Numbered from the stretch's first letter, positions 10,433 to 21,098 are shown. The stretch is 64,000 bases of DNA from Alphaproteobacteria bacterium (GCA_965225945.1 CBDDBZ010000035.1:288001-352000); one strand, 5' to 3'. Notes: generated from the sequence alone by a model not told the origin. Made by a program: numbers and translations.

Positions 10433-10517
10433 GGGGTGGTGCTCCGCGCAATCTACAAGATAGCATAGGGCCGCGCGCCGCATCGGCTGCGCATCGCGAC
10501 GGGATCAGGGAGCATCG

Positions 10518-12506
10518 ATGCCCGACCACAGTGATTTTGCGAACCTGATCTGGCAGATCGCCGATCTGCTGCGCGGCCCATACCGACCGCCGCAGTACGA
10601 GCGCGTCATGTTGCCGATGACCGTGCTGCGTCGCTTCGACTGCGTGCTGGCACCCACCAAGGCGAAGGTGCTGGCCGAACACGAGCGACGGAGAGGCGGA
10701 CGGCTCAACGACGAAGCGCTCGACCAAATGCTGAATCGGAGGGCCGAACAGCGCTTCCACAACCACTCGCCGCTCGACTTCGAGAAGCTGAAGGGCGACC
10801 CCGACAACATCGCGCCGCATCTGGTCAGCTACATCAAGGGTTTCTCGGCCAACGTCCGCACCATCTTTGACTTCTTCGAGTTCGAGAACGAAATCGAGCG
10901 GATGCGCGAGTCGAATATTCTCTATCTCGTCGTCTCGAATTTCTGCGACGTGAATTTGCACCCGGATGAGGTGCCAAACGAGCAAATGGGACTGATCTTC
11001 GAGAACCTGATCCGCCGGTTCAACGAGCTAGCCAACGAGACCGCCGGCGACCATTTCACACCCCGCGAGGTGATCCGGCTGATGGTCAACTTGTTGTTCA
11101 TCCAAGATGACGAACTGCTGGCGACGCCGGGCGCCGTACGCAAGCTGCTGGACCCCGCGTGCGGCACTGGCGGCATGCTGGCCGAGGCGCAGAGCTATCT
11201 GCGTGATCACCATGCGGCGGCCCAGTTATACGTCTACGGCCAGGATTACAACAAGCGCGCCTACGCCACCGCAGCCTCCGACATGCTGATGAAGCAAGTA
11301 GACCACAACGGGGGCGACAACAACGTGCGCTTCGGCGACAGCTTCACGGACGACAAATTTGCGCCGGAGACCTTCGACTACCTGCTGACCAACCCGCCGT
11401 TCGGCGTCGATTGGAAACGGCAGCGAAAGGAACTCCGCAACGAGCACGAACGGCTCGGCTTCGCCGGCCGCTTCGGTGCCGGGTTGCCACGCATCAACGA
11501 CGGATCGCTGCTGTTCCTTCTGCACATGATCAGCAAGTTCGAGCCGGTGCTGCCCGATCAGCACAAGCACGGATCGCGGCTCGCCATCGTCTTCAGCGGC
11601 TCGCCGCTATTCACCGGCGGTCCCGGCTCCGGTGAGAGCGACATCCGCAAGTGGATCATCGAAAACGACTGGCTCGAAGCCATCGTCGCCCTGCCGGAGC
11701 AGATGTTCTATAATACCGGCATCGGCACCTATGTCTGGATTGTCGCCAACCGCAAGGAACGGAATCGCAAGGGTAACATTCAGCTCGTCGACGCGCGCGA
11801 ATGCTACGTGGCGATGCGCCGTAGCCTCGGCAACAAGCGCCGCAAGATCGGCGAGAAGGAGGACCAGTGCGACCAGATAGCCGAGATCGTGCGGACCTAT
11901 GGTGGCTTCGCGCACGGCGACACCTCGAAAATATTCGACAACGCCGCTTTCGGCTACACCCGCGTCACCGTCGAGCGCCCGCTACGCCTCTGCTATCGGA
12001 TGACGGTCGACGATAAAGCACGCTCCCTCGACGCCTGCCCGCACCTCCTCGACGACGTTCAGGCAATCGACGAAGCGCTAGGCCGCGAGCCGCAACACGA
12101 CTGGAACGCCCTCTGGACGGGCATCGCCAACTTGCTGCGTAAACGTGGATCGCGTTGGAAAGCGCCGGAGCAGAGCCTCTTCCGCAGTGTTTTCACGCAT
12201 AAGGACCCGGAGGCGGAACCCGTCGACAAAGGGGGCCGAGACGGAGGCTACGAGCCCGATCCCGACCTGCGCGACTTCGAGAATGTGCCACTCAAAGACG
12301 GCATCGAGGCCTATTTCGAGCGCGAGGTGCTGCCTCACGTGCCCGACGCCTGGATGGACCGCGGTAAGGACAAGGTCGGGTACGAGATCAACTTCAATCG
12401 TCACTTCTACAAGTACACGCCGCCGCGGCCATTGGAGAAGATTGACGCGGACCTGAAGCGGGCGGAGGAGACAATTATGCGACTCTTACGTGAGGTTACG
12501 GAGTGA
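10518..12506 (+). CDS. hsdM: Type I R-M methyltransferase subunit
   Basis: HFTPREV, DPACGTGGM, NPPF, MFYNTGIGTY, KVGYEINF. Confidence 0.95.
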   Translation: MPDHSDFANLIWQIADLLRGPYRPPQYERVMLPMTVLRRFDCVLAPTKAKVLAEHERRRGGRLNDEALDQMLNRRAEQRFHNHSPLDFEKLKGDPDNIAPHLVSYIKGFSANVRTIFDFFEFENEIERMRESNILYLVVSNFCDVNLHPDEVPNEQMGLIFENLIRRFNELANETAGDHFTPREVIRLMVNLLFIQDDELLATPGAVRKLLDPACGTGGMLAEAQSYLRDHHAAAQLYVYGQDYNKRAYATAASDMLMKQVDHNGGDNNVRFGDSFTDDKFAPETFDYLLTNPPFGVDWKRQRKELRNEHERLGFAGRFGAGLPRINDGSLLFLLHMISKFEPVLPDQHKHGSRLAIVFSGSPLFTGGPGSGESDIRKWIIENDWLEAIVALPEQMFYNTGIGTYVWIVANRKERNRKGNIQLVDARECYVAMRRSLGNKRRKIGEKEDQCDQIAEIVRTYGGFAHGDTSKIFDNAAFGYTRVTVERPLRLCYRMTVDDKARSLDACPHLLDDVQAIDEALGREPQHDWNALWTGIANLLRKRGSRWKAPEQSLFRSVFTHKDPEAEPVDKGGRDGGYEPDPDLRDFENVPLKDGIEAYFEREVLPHVPDAWMDRGKDKVGYEINFNRHFYKYTPPRPLEKIDADLKRAEETIMRLLREVTE

Positions 12507-13773
12507 ACGTGCTCAATAACGTTCAGCGACTTCGGCTCAAGTACGCCGCGACCATCAACGATGACGTACTGGGTGAAGAGACAGAGTCCGACTACGAGCT
12601 ACAGTATGTTGACATCGGCAACGTCGATTCCTCTGGCACAATCGATGAAATCGTAACGTATCGCTTCGCCGATGCACCCAGTCGAGCTCGGAGGCGAGTT
12701 CGTGATGGCGACGTCGTTGTTTCTTGCGTGCGAACCTACCTCCAAGCAATTGCACCGATTCAGACTCCCCCAAAAAACCTGATCGTATCAACCGGGTTCG
12801 CCGTAGTGCGTCCACGCGGTGACGTATTTGATGCTGGCTACTGTAAATATGCGTTGCGTGAACCCGCTTCCCTAGCGGAAGTGGAGATGCCCTCTGTCGG
12901 AGTCAGCTACCCAGCAATCAATGCTTCCGACCTCGCTGATATTGCGGTTTATTTGCCGCCGGTTCACCGCCAGTGTAGCATTGCCGACTTCCTCGACCGC
13001 GAGACGACTCTGCTGGATGCGCTAATGGCAGCGAAGGAACGACTACTTGAGATATTGGTTGAGAAGCGTCGGGCGCTCATCACACGCGCCCTTACCCGCG
13101 GCCTTGATCCCGACGTCCCTCTACGAGACTCCGGCAATCTCTCGCTCGGCGAAATTCCAAAGCATTGGAAAGCAACCCGGTTAAAGTTTTTCACCGAGGT
13201 TCGTGGCGGTTTGACTCTTGGTAAGAACTATAGCGCGGCAGAACTTGTTGAGTTTCCATACTTGCGTGTGGCCAATGTCCAGGACGGACACGTCGATCTC
13301 TCCGATGTCGCAACCGTTATGATCCCGCAATCGGAAGCAGATTCATGTTTATTGGCCGTCGGAGATGTTCTGATGAACGAAGGTGGAGACGCTGACAAGT
13401 TGCGCCGTGGCTGCATTTGGTACGGTAAAATTACCCCGTGTCTTCACCAGAATCACGTTTTCACGGTTCGTCCAAGGCACGTTCGATTCGATTGGCTGAA
13501 CGCATGGATTTTCACGAACGTTCCGAAGGTTTTTTTCAATCCCGAGCAAAACAATCGACGAATTTAGCATCGATTTCAGCGACCAACCTCAAAGAACTAC
13601 CGATACTACTCCCTACTGAAAATGAGCAACCCGCGATCCTCCAGCACATCGATGCGGAAACGACGAAGCTCGACACGTTGTACACTACAACAGAACGTGC
13701 CCTGGCACTGCTCAAGGAACGCCGCTTCGCCATCATCGCTGCGGCTGTTACTGGGCAGTTGGAGATTACGTGA
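12503..13773 (+). pseudogene. hsdS: Type I R-M specificity subunit, frameshifted at a T7 run (13530-13536)
   Basis: PSRARR, VSTGFAV, YLRVANVQDG, IIAAAVTG; split across ORFs 12503-13567 and 13438-13773. Confidence 0.85.
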
Positions 13774-13777
13774 CGCA

Positions 13778-15266
13778 ATGAGAATCCGTGAAACTCACTC
13801 TTCGCAACTATCGGGTCCATGCTGATCCCCAACCCTTTCAGTTCGCGGACCGCTTCACTGTCGTCGCCGGCGTCAACGGAACCGGCTGTGGCGGCTGTTC
13901 ACCGTCTGCACATGCAGATCGCCCCGAACCCGTTCCCCCATCGAAGGCTCACCCCGAGCGCGGCGGCGCACGGTGGGTAGCTCGCGCCGCCGTCGGAGAC
14001 CAAACCACCGGGTCGAGGGCAGCTGAGCGCCGCCGCATCGACCCTGGGCAGCACCGCGCTGACATGAGAACCGGTACCTGCTCGCGCACGTGCCTTGCGC
14101 CCCAGCCCGCGCGCGCCCTTGCTCTCCAGGACGTAGTCTCGTCCGCTTTCCCCAAAAGTGTCGCCGGCGCGCAGCGGCTATCGTTCAATAAAGACCTCGG
14201 ACGTGAATTTTGGCGCAACGTTCGCCGAGTTAGGCATGAAACCCTTGCCGTAAATTGCGCCGGGATTCCGCTTGAATATAAGCTGATCTACGATCCGGAG
14301 CGCCACCGGGTCTCGCCGACCAAACTACCAGCTGCGGTCATGCGCGAGGTAAGGAACGCTTACGGCGACCCTACCCGCGCCGACGACGCGGCGGCGCTGG
14401 CGGTCTATTATACGACGGATCGAGCGGGGTACCGACTTCCCAAGAAGCTACCGGTGGAGGTGCCGCACGGGCAGGCCGCCGCCTATACGGGCGCGCTCTT
14501 AAATCGCACCGTTAATTTTCGCGACTTTATGGCGCGATACCGAAGCGCGATTGTACTCGAACGTGAGACGCTCCGAGACAACCCGAGCTATCTCGGGGGC
14601 CACGCCGTCGAAGCAATATCGAGAGCCCTCACCACATTTCTCGGCGGATTCGAGAATCTACGTATTGAGGAAGAGCCGCTTCGCCTCTTGGTCGACAAAG
14701 CAGGAGTACCGCTAGATCTCTCTCAATTGTCAGAAGGGAAGCGCTCGTTTCTGGCGCTGGTGTGCGACTTGGGGCGGCGGCTGGCACTCGCAAATCCAAT
14801 GCTCGACAATCCGCTGCACGGCGCCGGCGTAGTTCTGATCGATGAACTGGAGTTGCACCTACATCCCGAGTGGCAACGCGAGGCCCGCGAGAAACTCCAC
14901 GAGGCATTCCCCAACATCCAGTTCATTGCGACCACTCACTCACCGTTCGTAATTCAGTCCCTACGACCGGGTGAGCTGATCAACCTCGACCCGGACGAAT
15001 TTAGCGAGTACGCAGACAAGAGCATCGAGGATATCGCCGAGAACGTGATGGGTGTGGATTTGCCACAAAAGAGCGAACGTTACCTCCAGATGATGAATGC
15101 GGCTGAGGCGTATTTTCGTCTGCTTCGAGAACCAGGCGCATTGACCGAAACCGCGGAGCAACGACTGAATGAGCTTGCGGCGCCGTTCAGCGACGACCCA
15201 GCGTTCCAGGCACTACTAAAACTTGAGCGCGAAGCACGGCGCGGAGGCGGCGATGGGACCCGTTGA
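13778..15266 (+). pseudogene. ABC/AAA ATPase (Septu PtuA-like) with disrupted N-terminus
   Basis: GVNGTG Walker A broken by foreign sequence; LSQLSEG, VLIDELELHLHP, QFIATTHSP; probable frameshift just after ATG 13778. Confidence 0.75.
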
Positions 15267-15936
15267 CAAAGGGGCGGCACCTCGTGTGTACGCAAATTAC
15301 CAAGATGCTGGGTCGGACCTTCAAAAACGGCTCGGCGACTACTGCAGCTATTGCGAGTGGCAGATCGAGACCTACCTCGCCGTCGAGCACATCCAGCCAA
15401 AGTCACACATGCTCCTCCTGGGCACGAGTTGGTCGAACTTTCTCTTGGCATGCGTCAACTACAATTCGAACAAAGGCAGCACCCCGGTCAACTTGTCGGA
15501 CTACTTCTGGCCCGACGTAGACAATACTCTACGCGCGTTCGAGCACGTCCCCGGTGGCTTGATTCGGCCACATCCGACCTTGGAGCCTCACTTGACGGCG
15601 AAGGCTCATGCAACAATCAGTTTGGTTGGGCTCGATCGTGATCCGGGCAATCCAGGAAGAGACCCCACGTTGCGCGACAATCGCTGGTATCGGCGACTTC
15701 GGGCCTGGCAGGTGGCCCAAAGATGTCGGAACAATGTCGCTGCGCAAGACACGGCTGAGATGCGTGACACTGTTGTGATGGTAGCGACCGGTCGTGGCAT
15801 TTTCTCGATTTGGTGCACCGTGTTTGCCGGCGACGCCGACATGCGCCGACGATTGCGGGAGGCGTTTGTAGGTACTCACGGAGGATCATTCGATGCGAAC
15901 GAAGACCTTGTACCCCGCGATGGGGGACAGGTGTAG
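15253..15936 (+). CDS. HNH endonuclease (PtuB-like)
   Basis: YCSYCE, VEHIQPK, WSNFLLACVNYN; overlaps the ATPase stop. Confidence 0.8.
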   Translation: MGPVDKGAAPRVYANYQDAGSDLQKRLGDYCSYCEWQIETYLAVEHIQPKSHMLLLGTSWSNFLLACVNYNSNKGSTPVNLSDYFWPDVDNTLRAFEHVPGGLIRPHPTLEPHLTAKAHATISLVGLDRDPGNPGRDPTLRDNRWYRRLRAWQVAQRCRNNVAAQDTAEMRDTVVMVATGRGIFSIWCTVFAGDADMRRRLREAFVGTHGGSFDANEDLVPRDGGQV

Positions 15937-15938
15937 CT

Positions 15939-18900
15939 ATGAGCGCGCCTAGACGCAACGAAGCGGCCTTCGAGACCGTTATCGAAGCGTACCTGTTACA
16001 AAACGGGTACGTGCCTGTCGCCCGCGAAGTTTTCGACCGCGAACGCGCGATCTTTCCGGAGACGGTACTCGCCTTCATCCGCGAGACCCAGCCCAGGGAG
16101 TGGGCCAAGCTGGAGGCCCTGCACGGTGACGGGACCGGCGCGCAGATACTGACGGATCTCTGCAAGTGGATGGACGCAAACGGCTCGCTCACCACGCTCC
16201 GCCACGGCTTCAAGTGCTATGGCCGCACGCTTCACTTGGGATTCTTCAAGGCGGCGCACGAGCTGAACCCCGATCTGGAGGCGCGCTACGCCGCGAACCG
16301 CTTGGGGATTACCCGACAATTGCGCTTCTCGCCGCGCTCTCGAAAGTCGCTCGACGTTGCGTTGAGCCTGAACGGTATCCCGATCGCCACTCTGGAGCTG
16401 AAGAACCAGCTCACGGGCCAGACGATCGAGGACGCGCGCCGACAATACAAGCAGGACCGCGACCCGCGTGAGCCGATCTTCGAGTTCAAGCGACGGTCGC
16501 TCGTGCATTTCGCTGTCGACACCGACGCGGTGCTAATGACGACGCGGCTGGCCGGCCCGGCGACCCACTTCCTGCCGTTCAACAAGGGCCATGACGGTGG
16601 TGCGGGCAACCCGCCCGACCCGGAGGGGCGCGGCTATCGCACGGCCTATCTCTGGGAGGACGTCTTGGAGCGCGACAGTTTGCTGGAGCTGCTTGCGCGC
16701 TTCATTCACTTGCAGACCGAGGAAAGGCGCGACGACCAGGGCCGCAAGGTGAAGAAGGAAAGCATGATCCTCCCGCGTTACCACCAGCTGGTGGCCGTGG
16801 GCACACTGGTGGACTCGGCGCGGCGTGAGGGTGTTGGGCACAACTACCTAATCGAGCACTCCGCGGGCAGTGGCAAAAGCAACACCATCGGTTGGATGAC
16901 TCATCGGCTGGCATCGCTGCACGACGCTGCGAACCAACGGGTGTTCGACAGCGTGATCGTGACCACCGACCGCGTCGTGCTGGACCAGCAATTGCAGGAC
17001 ACGATCTATCAGTTCGAGCACAAGCGCGGCGTGGTCCAGCGGATCGACGAAAGCTCGCGACAATTGGCGGAGGCGCTGGAAAGCGCGGTGCCGGTGATCG
17101 TCACCACCCTGCAGAAGTTTCCGTTCGTCTCGAAGCATCTGGCCAAGATGGCCGAGGAGCGCGGCGCGGGCGGCGACGGCACCTTGCCGACACGCCGGTG
17201 CGCGGTGGTCATTGATGAGGCGCACAGCTCACAAGGCGGCGAGACGGCCACGGACCTGAAGGAGGTCCTCGGAGGGAAGGGGCTGAGGGAGGAGGCCGTG
17301 CGTTACGCGGTGGAAGAAGATCTCGAAGACATGGAGGAGCTGTTCCGCAGCATGGCTAAGCGCGGCCGGCAAGCGAACCTGAGTTTCTTCGCGTTCACCG
17401 CAACGCCGAAACACAAGACACTTGCCGTATTCGGCCGCGATGGAGAGCCCGTGCATCGGTACACGATGCGTCAAGCCATCGAGGAAGAGTTCATCCACGA
17501 CGTCCTCAAGCACTACACGACCTTCGAAACGTATTTTCGATTGCTCAAGGCGTGCGAAGACGATCCCAACGTAGAACGAAAGAAAGGCGCGAAAGCGCTG
17601 GCGCGCTTCATGAAGTTGAACCCACATAATATCGCCCAAAAGACCGAGGTGATAGTAGAGCATTTCAACACGATGACGCGTCACAAGATCGGCGGTCGTG
17701 CGAAAGCGATGGTCGTGACCGGTTCGCGCCTTGAAGCAGTGCGCTACAAGCAGAGCATCGACCAGTACATCCGGCGAAAGGGATATCCGATCAAGACGCT
17801 TGTGGCCTTCTCCGGCATCGTGCAGGACGACAAGCTCGCCGGCGTGGCCTACACCGAAGAAGGCATGAACCAAGGCATCCGAGAGAAGGAGCTGCCGGAG
17901 AAGTTCGCCACCCCGGAGTATCAGGTACTGCTCGTGGCCGAGAAGTACCAGACCGGCTTCGACCAGCCGCTCTTGCACACGATGTACGTGGACAAACGGC
18001 TCGCCGGCATCCAGGCGGTGCAAACTCTGTCGCGGTTGAATCGCACCCACCCACTCAAGGAAGACACCTTCGTCCTCGACTTCGTGAACGACCGCGAGGA
18101 TATCCGCGACGCCTTCAAGACCTATTACGAAGGCGCCGAGATGGGTGACGAGGTCGACCCGGCGCGCATGTATCAAGTCAAGGGCGAGCTGGACGCGTCG
18201 GGCATTTACCTCGCAGAGGAGGTGGAGCGGTTCTGCTCGATCTATTTCAAGCCCAAGCAGCGGCAGAGCCCGGCCGACCACCAGGCGATGAACGCGATGC
18301 TCGATCCAGGGGTCGCCCGTTTCGCCAAGTTCCAGATCGAGGAAGAGGAGGAGGCGGAGCTATGGCGCGGCAAAGCGCGGGCTTTTCATAACCTTTATGG
18401 CTTCCTGAGCCAGGTGATCCCGTATCAGGACTCGGACCTGGAGAGACTTTACGTGTTCCTCCGCTATCTAGCCGCGAAACTGCCCAAACGGCGCGATGGC
18501 CCCGCCTACCAGTTCGATGACGAGGTTAGGCTCGAATACTACCGCTTGCAAAAGATCAGCGAAGGTTCGATCGGCCTCGGCGACGGCCGGGCTCGACCGC
18601 TCGACGGCCCGACCGAGGTAGGTTCTGGCCTAGCGCGTGAGCAACCGGTTCCCTTGTCACAGCTAATCGACCTGGTGAACGAGCGTTTCGGCACGGACTT
18701 CAATCAGGCAGATCAACTTTTCTTCGATCAGATCGTCGAAGCGGCAATGGCGGACGACGGTCTGCGGCAGGCGGCATCCGTAAATCCGGGCGACAAGTTC
18801 GAGCTTGTCTTCAAAAACCTGCTTCAGACACTATTCGTCGAGCGGATCGATCAGAACGAGGAAATATTCATCCGTTTCATGAACGATTCGTCGTTTCGTG

Positions 18901-18980
18901 AACTGGTTACATCCTGGCTAGCATCCGAGGCGTATCGCAAGCTACGCGAGGACCAACGTCAGGATGAACCGGTAGATTGA
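15939..18980 (+). CDS. hsdR: Type I R-M restriction subunit
   Basis: LELKN, HSAGSGKS, DEAH, FTATPK, TGFDQP, QTLSRLNR. Confidence 0.95.
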   Translation: MSAPRRNEAAFETVIEAYLLQNGYVPVAREVFDRERAIFPETVLAFIRETQPREWAKLEALHGDGTGAQILTDLCKWMDANGSLTTLRHGFKCYGRTLHLGFFKAAHELNPDLEARYAANRLGITRQLRFSPRSRKSLDVALSLNGIPIATLELKNQLTGQTIEDARRQYKQDRDPREPIFEFKRRSLVHFAVDTDAVLMTTRLAGPATHFLPFNKGHDGGAGNPPDPEGRGYRTAYLWEDVLERDSLLELLARFIHLQTEERRDDQGRKVKKESMILPRYHQLVAVGTLVDSARREGVGHNYLIEHSAGSGKSNTIGWMTHRLASLHDAANQRVFDSVIVTTDRVVLDQQLQDTIYQFEHKRGVVQRIDESSRQLAEALESAVPVIVTTLQKFPFVSKHLAKMAEERGAGGDGTLPTRRCAVVIDEAHSSQGGETATDLKEVLGGKGLREEAVRYAVEEDLEDMEELFRSMAKRGRQANLSFFAFTATPKHKTLAVFGRDGEPVHRYTMRQAIEEEFIHDVLKHYTTFETYFRLLKACEDDPNVERKKGAKALARFMKLNPHNIAQKTEVIVEHFNTMTRHKIGGRAKAMVVTGSRLEAVRYKQSIDQYIRRKGYPIKTLVAFSGIVQDDKLAGVAYTEEGMNQGIREKELPEKFATPEYQVLLVAEKYQTGFDQPLLHTMYVDKRLAGIQAVQTLSRLNRTHPLKEDTFVLDFVNDREDIRDAFKTYYEGAEMGDEVDPARMYQVKGELDASGIYLAEEVERFCSIYFKPKQRQSPADHQAMNAMLDPGVARFAKFQIEEEEEAELWRGKARAFHNLYGFLSQVIPYQDSDLERLYVFLRYLAAKLPKRRDGPAYQFDDEVRLEYYRLQKISEGSIGLGDGRARPLDGPTEVGSGLAREQPVPLSQLIDLVNERFGTDFNQADQLFFDQIVEAAMADDGLRQAASVNPGDKFELVFKNLLQTLFVERIDQNEEIFIRFMNDSSFRELVTSWLASEAYRKLREDQRQDEPVD

Positions 18981-19122
18981 GTAATCGCAACAGACGCCAT
19001 AAAGCGCAATATGTGGGATGGAATGTGGGGTATTGCGCCTTGGAAGGAGCATGAAGTTTGGTGGCCGTTGGACCCACCGCCACGCCGCACATCCCATCGC
19101 CCCAAACCAAGGGAGCCCCCCC

Positions 19123-19320
19123 ATGACCGACCGCTACACAAAAACCGTGCTGACCGTGATCGCCGCCGCGCTGGTGTGGCTCGCCGCCGGCCTCCCCGCC
19201 GCCGGCGCCTCGGGCGCGCAAGACGTCGTCGTCACCGAGATTACCTATAGCGCCGCCTCCACCCTCAGTAGCGTCGCCCACACCCTCGCGCGCAAAATCA
19301 ACGACGGGCGCTGCCGATAG
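19123..19320 (+). CDS. Small hypothetical membrane/secreted protein
   Basis: GGAG upstream; hydrophobic N-terminus MTDRYTKTVLTVIAAALVWLAAG. Confidence 0.55.
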   Translation: MTDRYTKTVLTVIAAALVWLAAGLPAAGASGAQDVVVTEITYSAASTLSSVAHTLARKINDGRCR

Positions 19321-19403
19321 GACCCCGCCCGGCCTCGCGCGCCCCGCGCAAATCGCGCCCGCCCTCGACGTCACCGCGATCAGCCATGCCGCTCCGCTCC
19401 GCC

Positions 19404-19616
19404 CGGTGATCACCGTGTTCATATATTGAACATGGGAGTTGCGCGCGGGCGCGCCGTGGGGGGGATCGAGGACGAGACGCTCGGGGGGGAGAGCGACCCC
19501 GGCACCCGAGCTTCGCGGCCCGCTCCCGAGCGAGACGCCCGAGCCCGCGTCCAACCGCCACGGCCTCGCGAATCCGCGCCGCTCGGTGATCACCGTGTTC
19601 AAATTTTGAACATGGG
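19404..19616. repeat. Two 33-bp direct repeats 180 bp apart with a palindromic GTTCA-N5-TGAAC core
   Basis: CGGTGATCACCGTGTTCA(tata/aatt)TTGAACATGGG at 19404 and 19584; related copy at ~10193. Confidence 0.75.
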
Positions 19617-19689
19617 CATCAGGCGCGAGAACCGCCCGCCGCGCGCCGCGAGAAACACGCCGCGGGGGGAGTGATTTTGTAACGGCTCG

Positions 19690-20912
19690 CACAGTACACG
19701 ACTCGTTCATGCTGGCTTTGGCCTGGGCACCTGGACTGGTGGTTTTCCGGGGACGAGGAAACGAATCAGCTCAATGGCTTGACGCCTGTCGATAGGATTG
19801 ACGAGCTGTCGCCTTATCCACTCGAAACCGTATCGGAAGATGGATTTTGCCATCCTTTTGTGGGTTTTGAGGCGGATCGGCTCGGCCTCGTGGAGCCAAT
19901 CGCCGACTTTGTGCGCCCAGCAGAAGGTGATGGAAAGGACGGCGGTGAGCTTGGAGATGCGCTCCGGGTCGGTCATGTGGGTGTCTTCGAGGTTGAAGCC
20001 ACGGGTTTTCAAGGCGGCGAAGAGGGTCTCGATTTGCCAGCGCTGGGCGTAGATGGCCAAGGCCTCCTCGGGCGCGTCGTTGGTCACGACGATCAACAGT
20101 TCGCCGGTCTTGAGATGGAGCGCGGCGACGAAGACGGGCCTGGCCTTGGGTTTTCTGGCCTCCGAGAGGCGCCTGGCGTTGGAGAGGATGCGGCTTTCCC
20201 CGGGTTTGAGGTCGCGAAACAGCTCCCTCGCCTTGACCATGCGACCACGCGTGTTGGCGATCTTGATGTTGGATCGGATGCGGATGTGAAAGGGGATGGC
20301 CTTTTCCTGCAACCATGCCAGCCAGGCGTCGCCGATGAATTCCCGGTCGGCCAGGAGGCTGGCGATCTTGTCGACCCCGAAGAGCCGGAGGACGTGTTCG
20401 AGGATCGCGATCCGCTCCTTGGTATTGGAATTGCCCGCCTTGTCGAGCACCCGCCAGCACACGGGAATGGCGATGGCGCGGTTGACGATGCCGATCATCA
20501 AGATGTTGACGTCGCGGCGACCCAGCCGCCAGTTGGTCCGGTCCATGGTCAGCCGCCACGGCCCCGCCTGGAGCCCCATCATCGCGACCAGGAACTCGGC
20601 GAGGCGATCGTAATCGAAATCGACTTGCTCGAAAAACCGTTGCAGGCGCCGATAGTTGGAGCTGGATCGCGCGCGCCCCGGAAAGTGGCAGGCCAAGTGA
20701 GAGAGGTTCACCGTCCGGGCGACGAACACGCCGAAGACCAAGACGCAAAGGCTCTCCAGACGGCTCTTGCGAAAGGCGAAGCCGCATCGTAGCGTCTCAC
20801 GCAGGGCGTTGATCGGGTTGTCTCGCATGATTTCCCTCTTGACTCGTCGTGGAGTGAATCGGGAATCCTACAACCTTTTCAACGTCCTACGTAAATGCCG
20901 TCGTGTACCATG
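19690..20912 (-). mobile_element. IS4-family insertion sequence, copy 1 (1223 bp)
   Basis: Imperfect IRs CACAGTACACGAC / GTCGTGTACCATG; 9-bp TSD AACGGCTCG (19681-19689, 20913-20921). Confidence 0.92.
19707..20828 (-). CDS. IS4-family DDE transposase
   Basis: MDRTNW, ADREF, YAQRWQIETLF (Y-R-E-K signature). Confidence 0.92.
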   Translation of the reverse strand: MRDNPINALRETLRCGFAFRKSRLESLCVLVFGVFVARTVNLSHLACHFPGRARSSSNYRRLQRFFEQVDFDYDRLAEFLVAMMGLQAGPWRLTMDRTNWRLGRRDVNILMIGIVNRAIAIPVCWRVLDKAGNSNTKERIAILEHVLRLFGVDKIASLLADREFIGDAWLAWLQEKAIPFHIRIRSNIKIANTRGRMVKARELFRDLKPGESRILSNARRLSEARKPKARPVFVAALHLKTGELLIVVTNDAPEEALAIYAQRWQIETLFAALKTRGFNLEDTHMTDPERISKLTAVLSITFCWAHKVGDWLHEAEPIRLKTHKRMAKSIFRYGFEWIRRQLVNPIDRRQAIELIRFLVPGKPPVQVPRPKPA

Positions 20913-21098
20913 AACGGCTCGATCAAAAGCCTTCATTTTCGGGCGATTTTGAGCGATTTTGAGGCCATAATGAGGCAACATGAGTACCCCTTTTCGCCGC
21001 CGCCCGGATCGCCGCGCTTCGCTCCGCTCGCTCGCGATGACGATTTCGGCGACGATCGGCCCCGTGAGCCGGCGTCGAATTCGGGAAGGAACACCCCC

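Noticed and set aside
13778-15936. Retron system
   Set aside because: No reverse transcriptase or msr/msd region seen
19404-19616. LexA box or CRISPR repeat
   Set aside because: Alphaproteobacterial LexA sites are direct GTTC-N7-GTTC repeats and these are inverted; two copies 180 bp apart with no cas genes do not make an array
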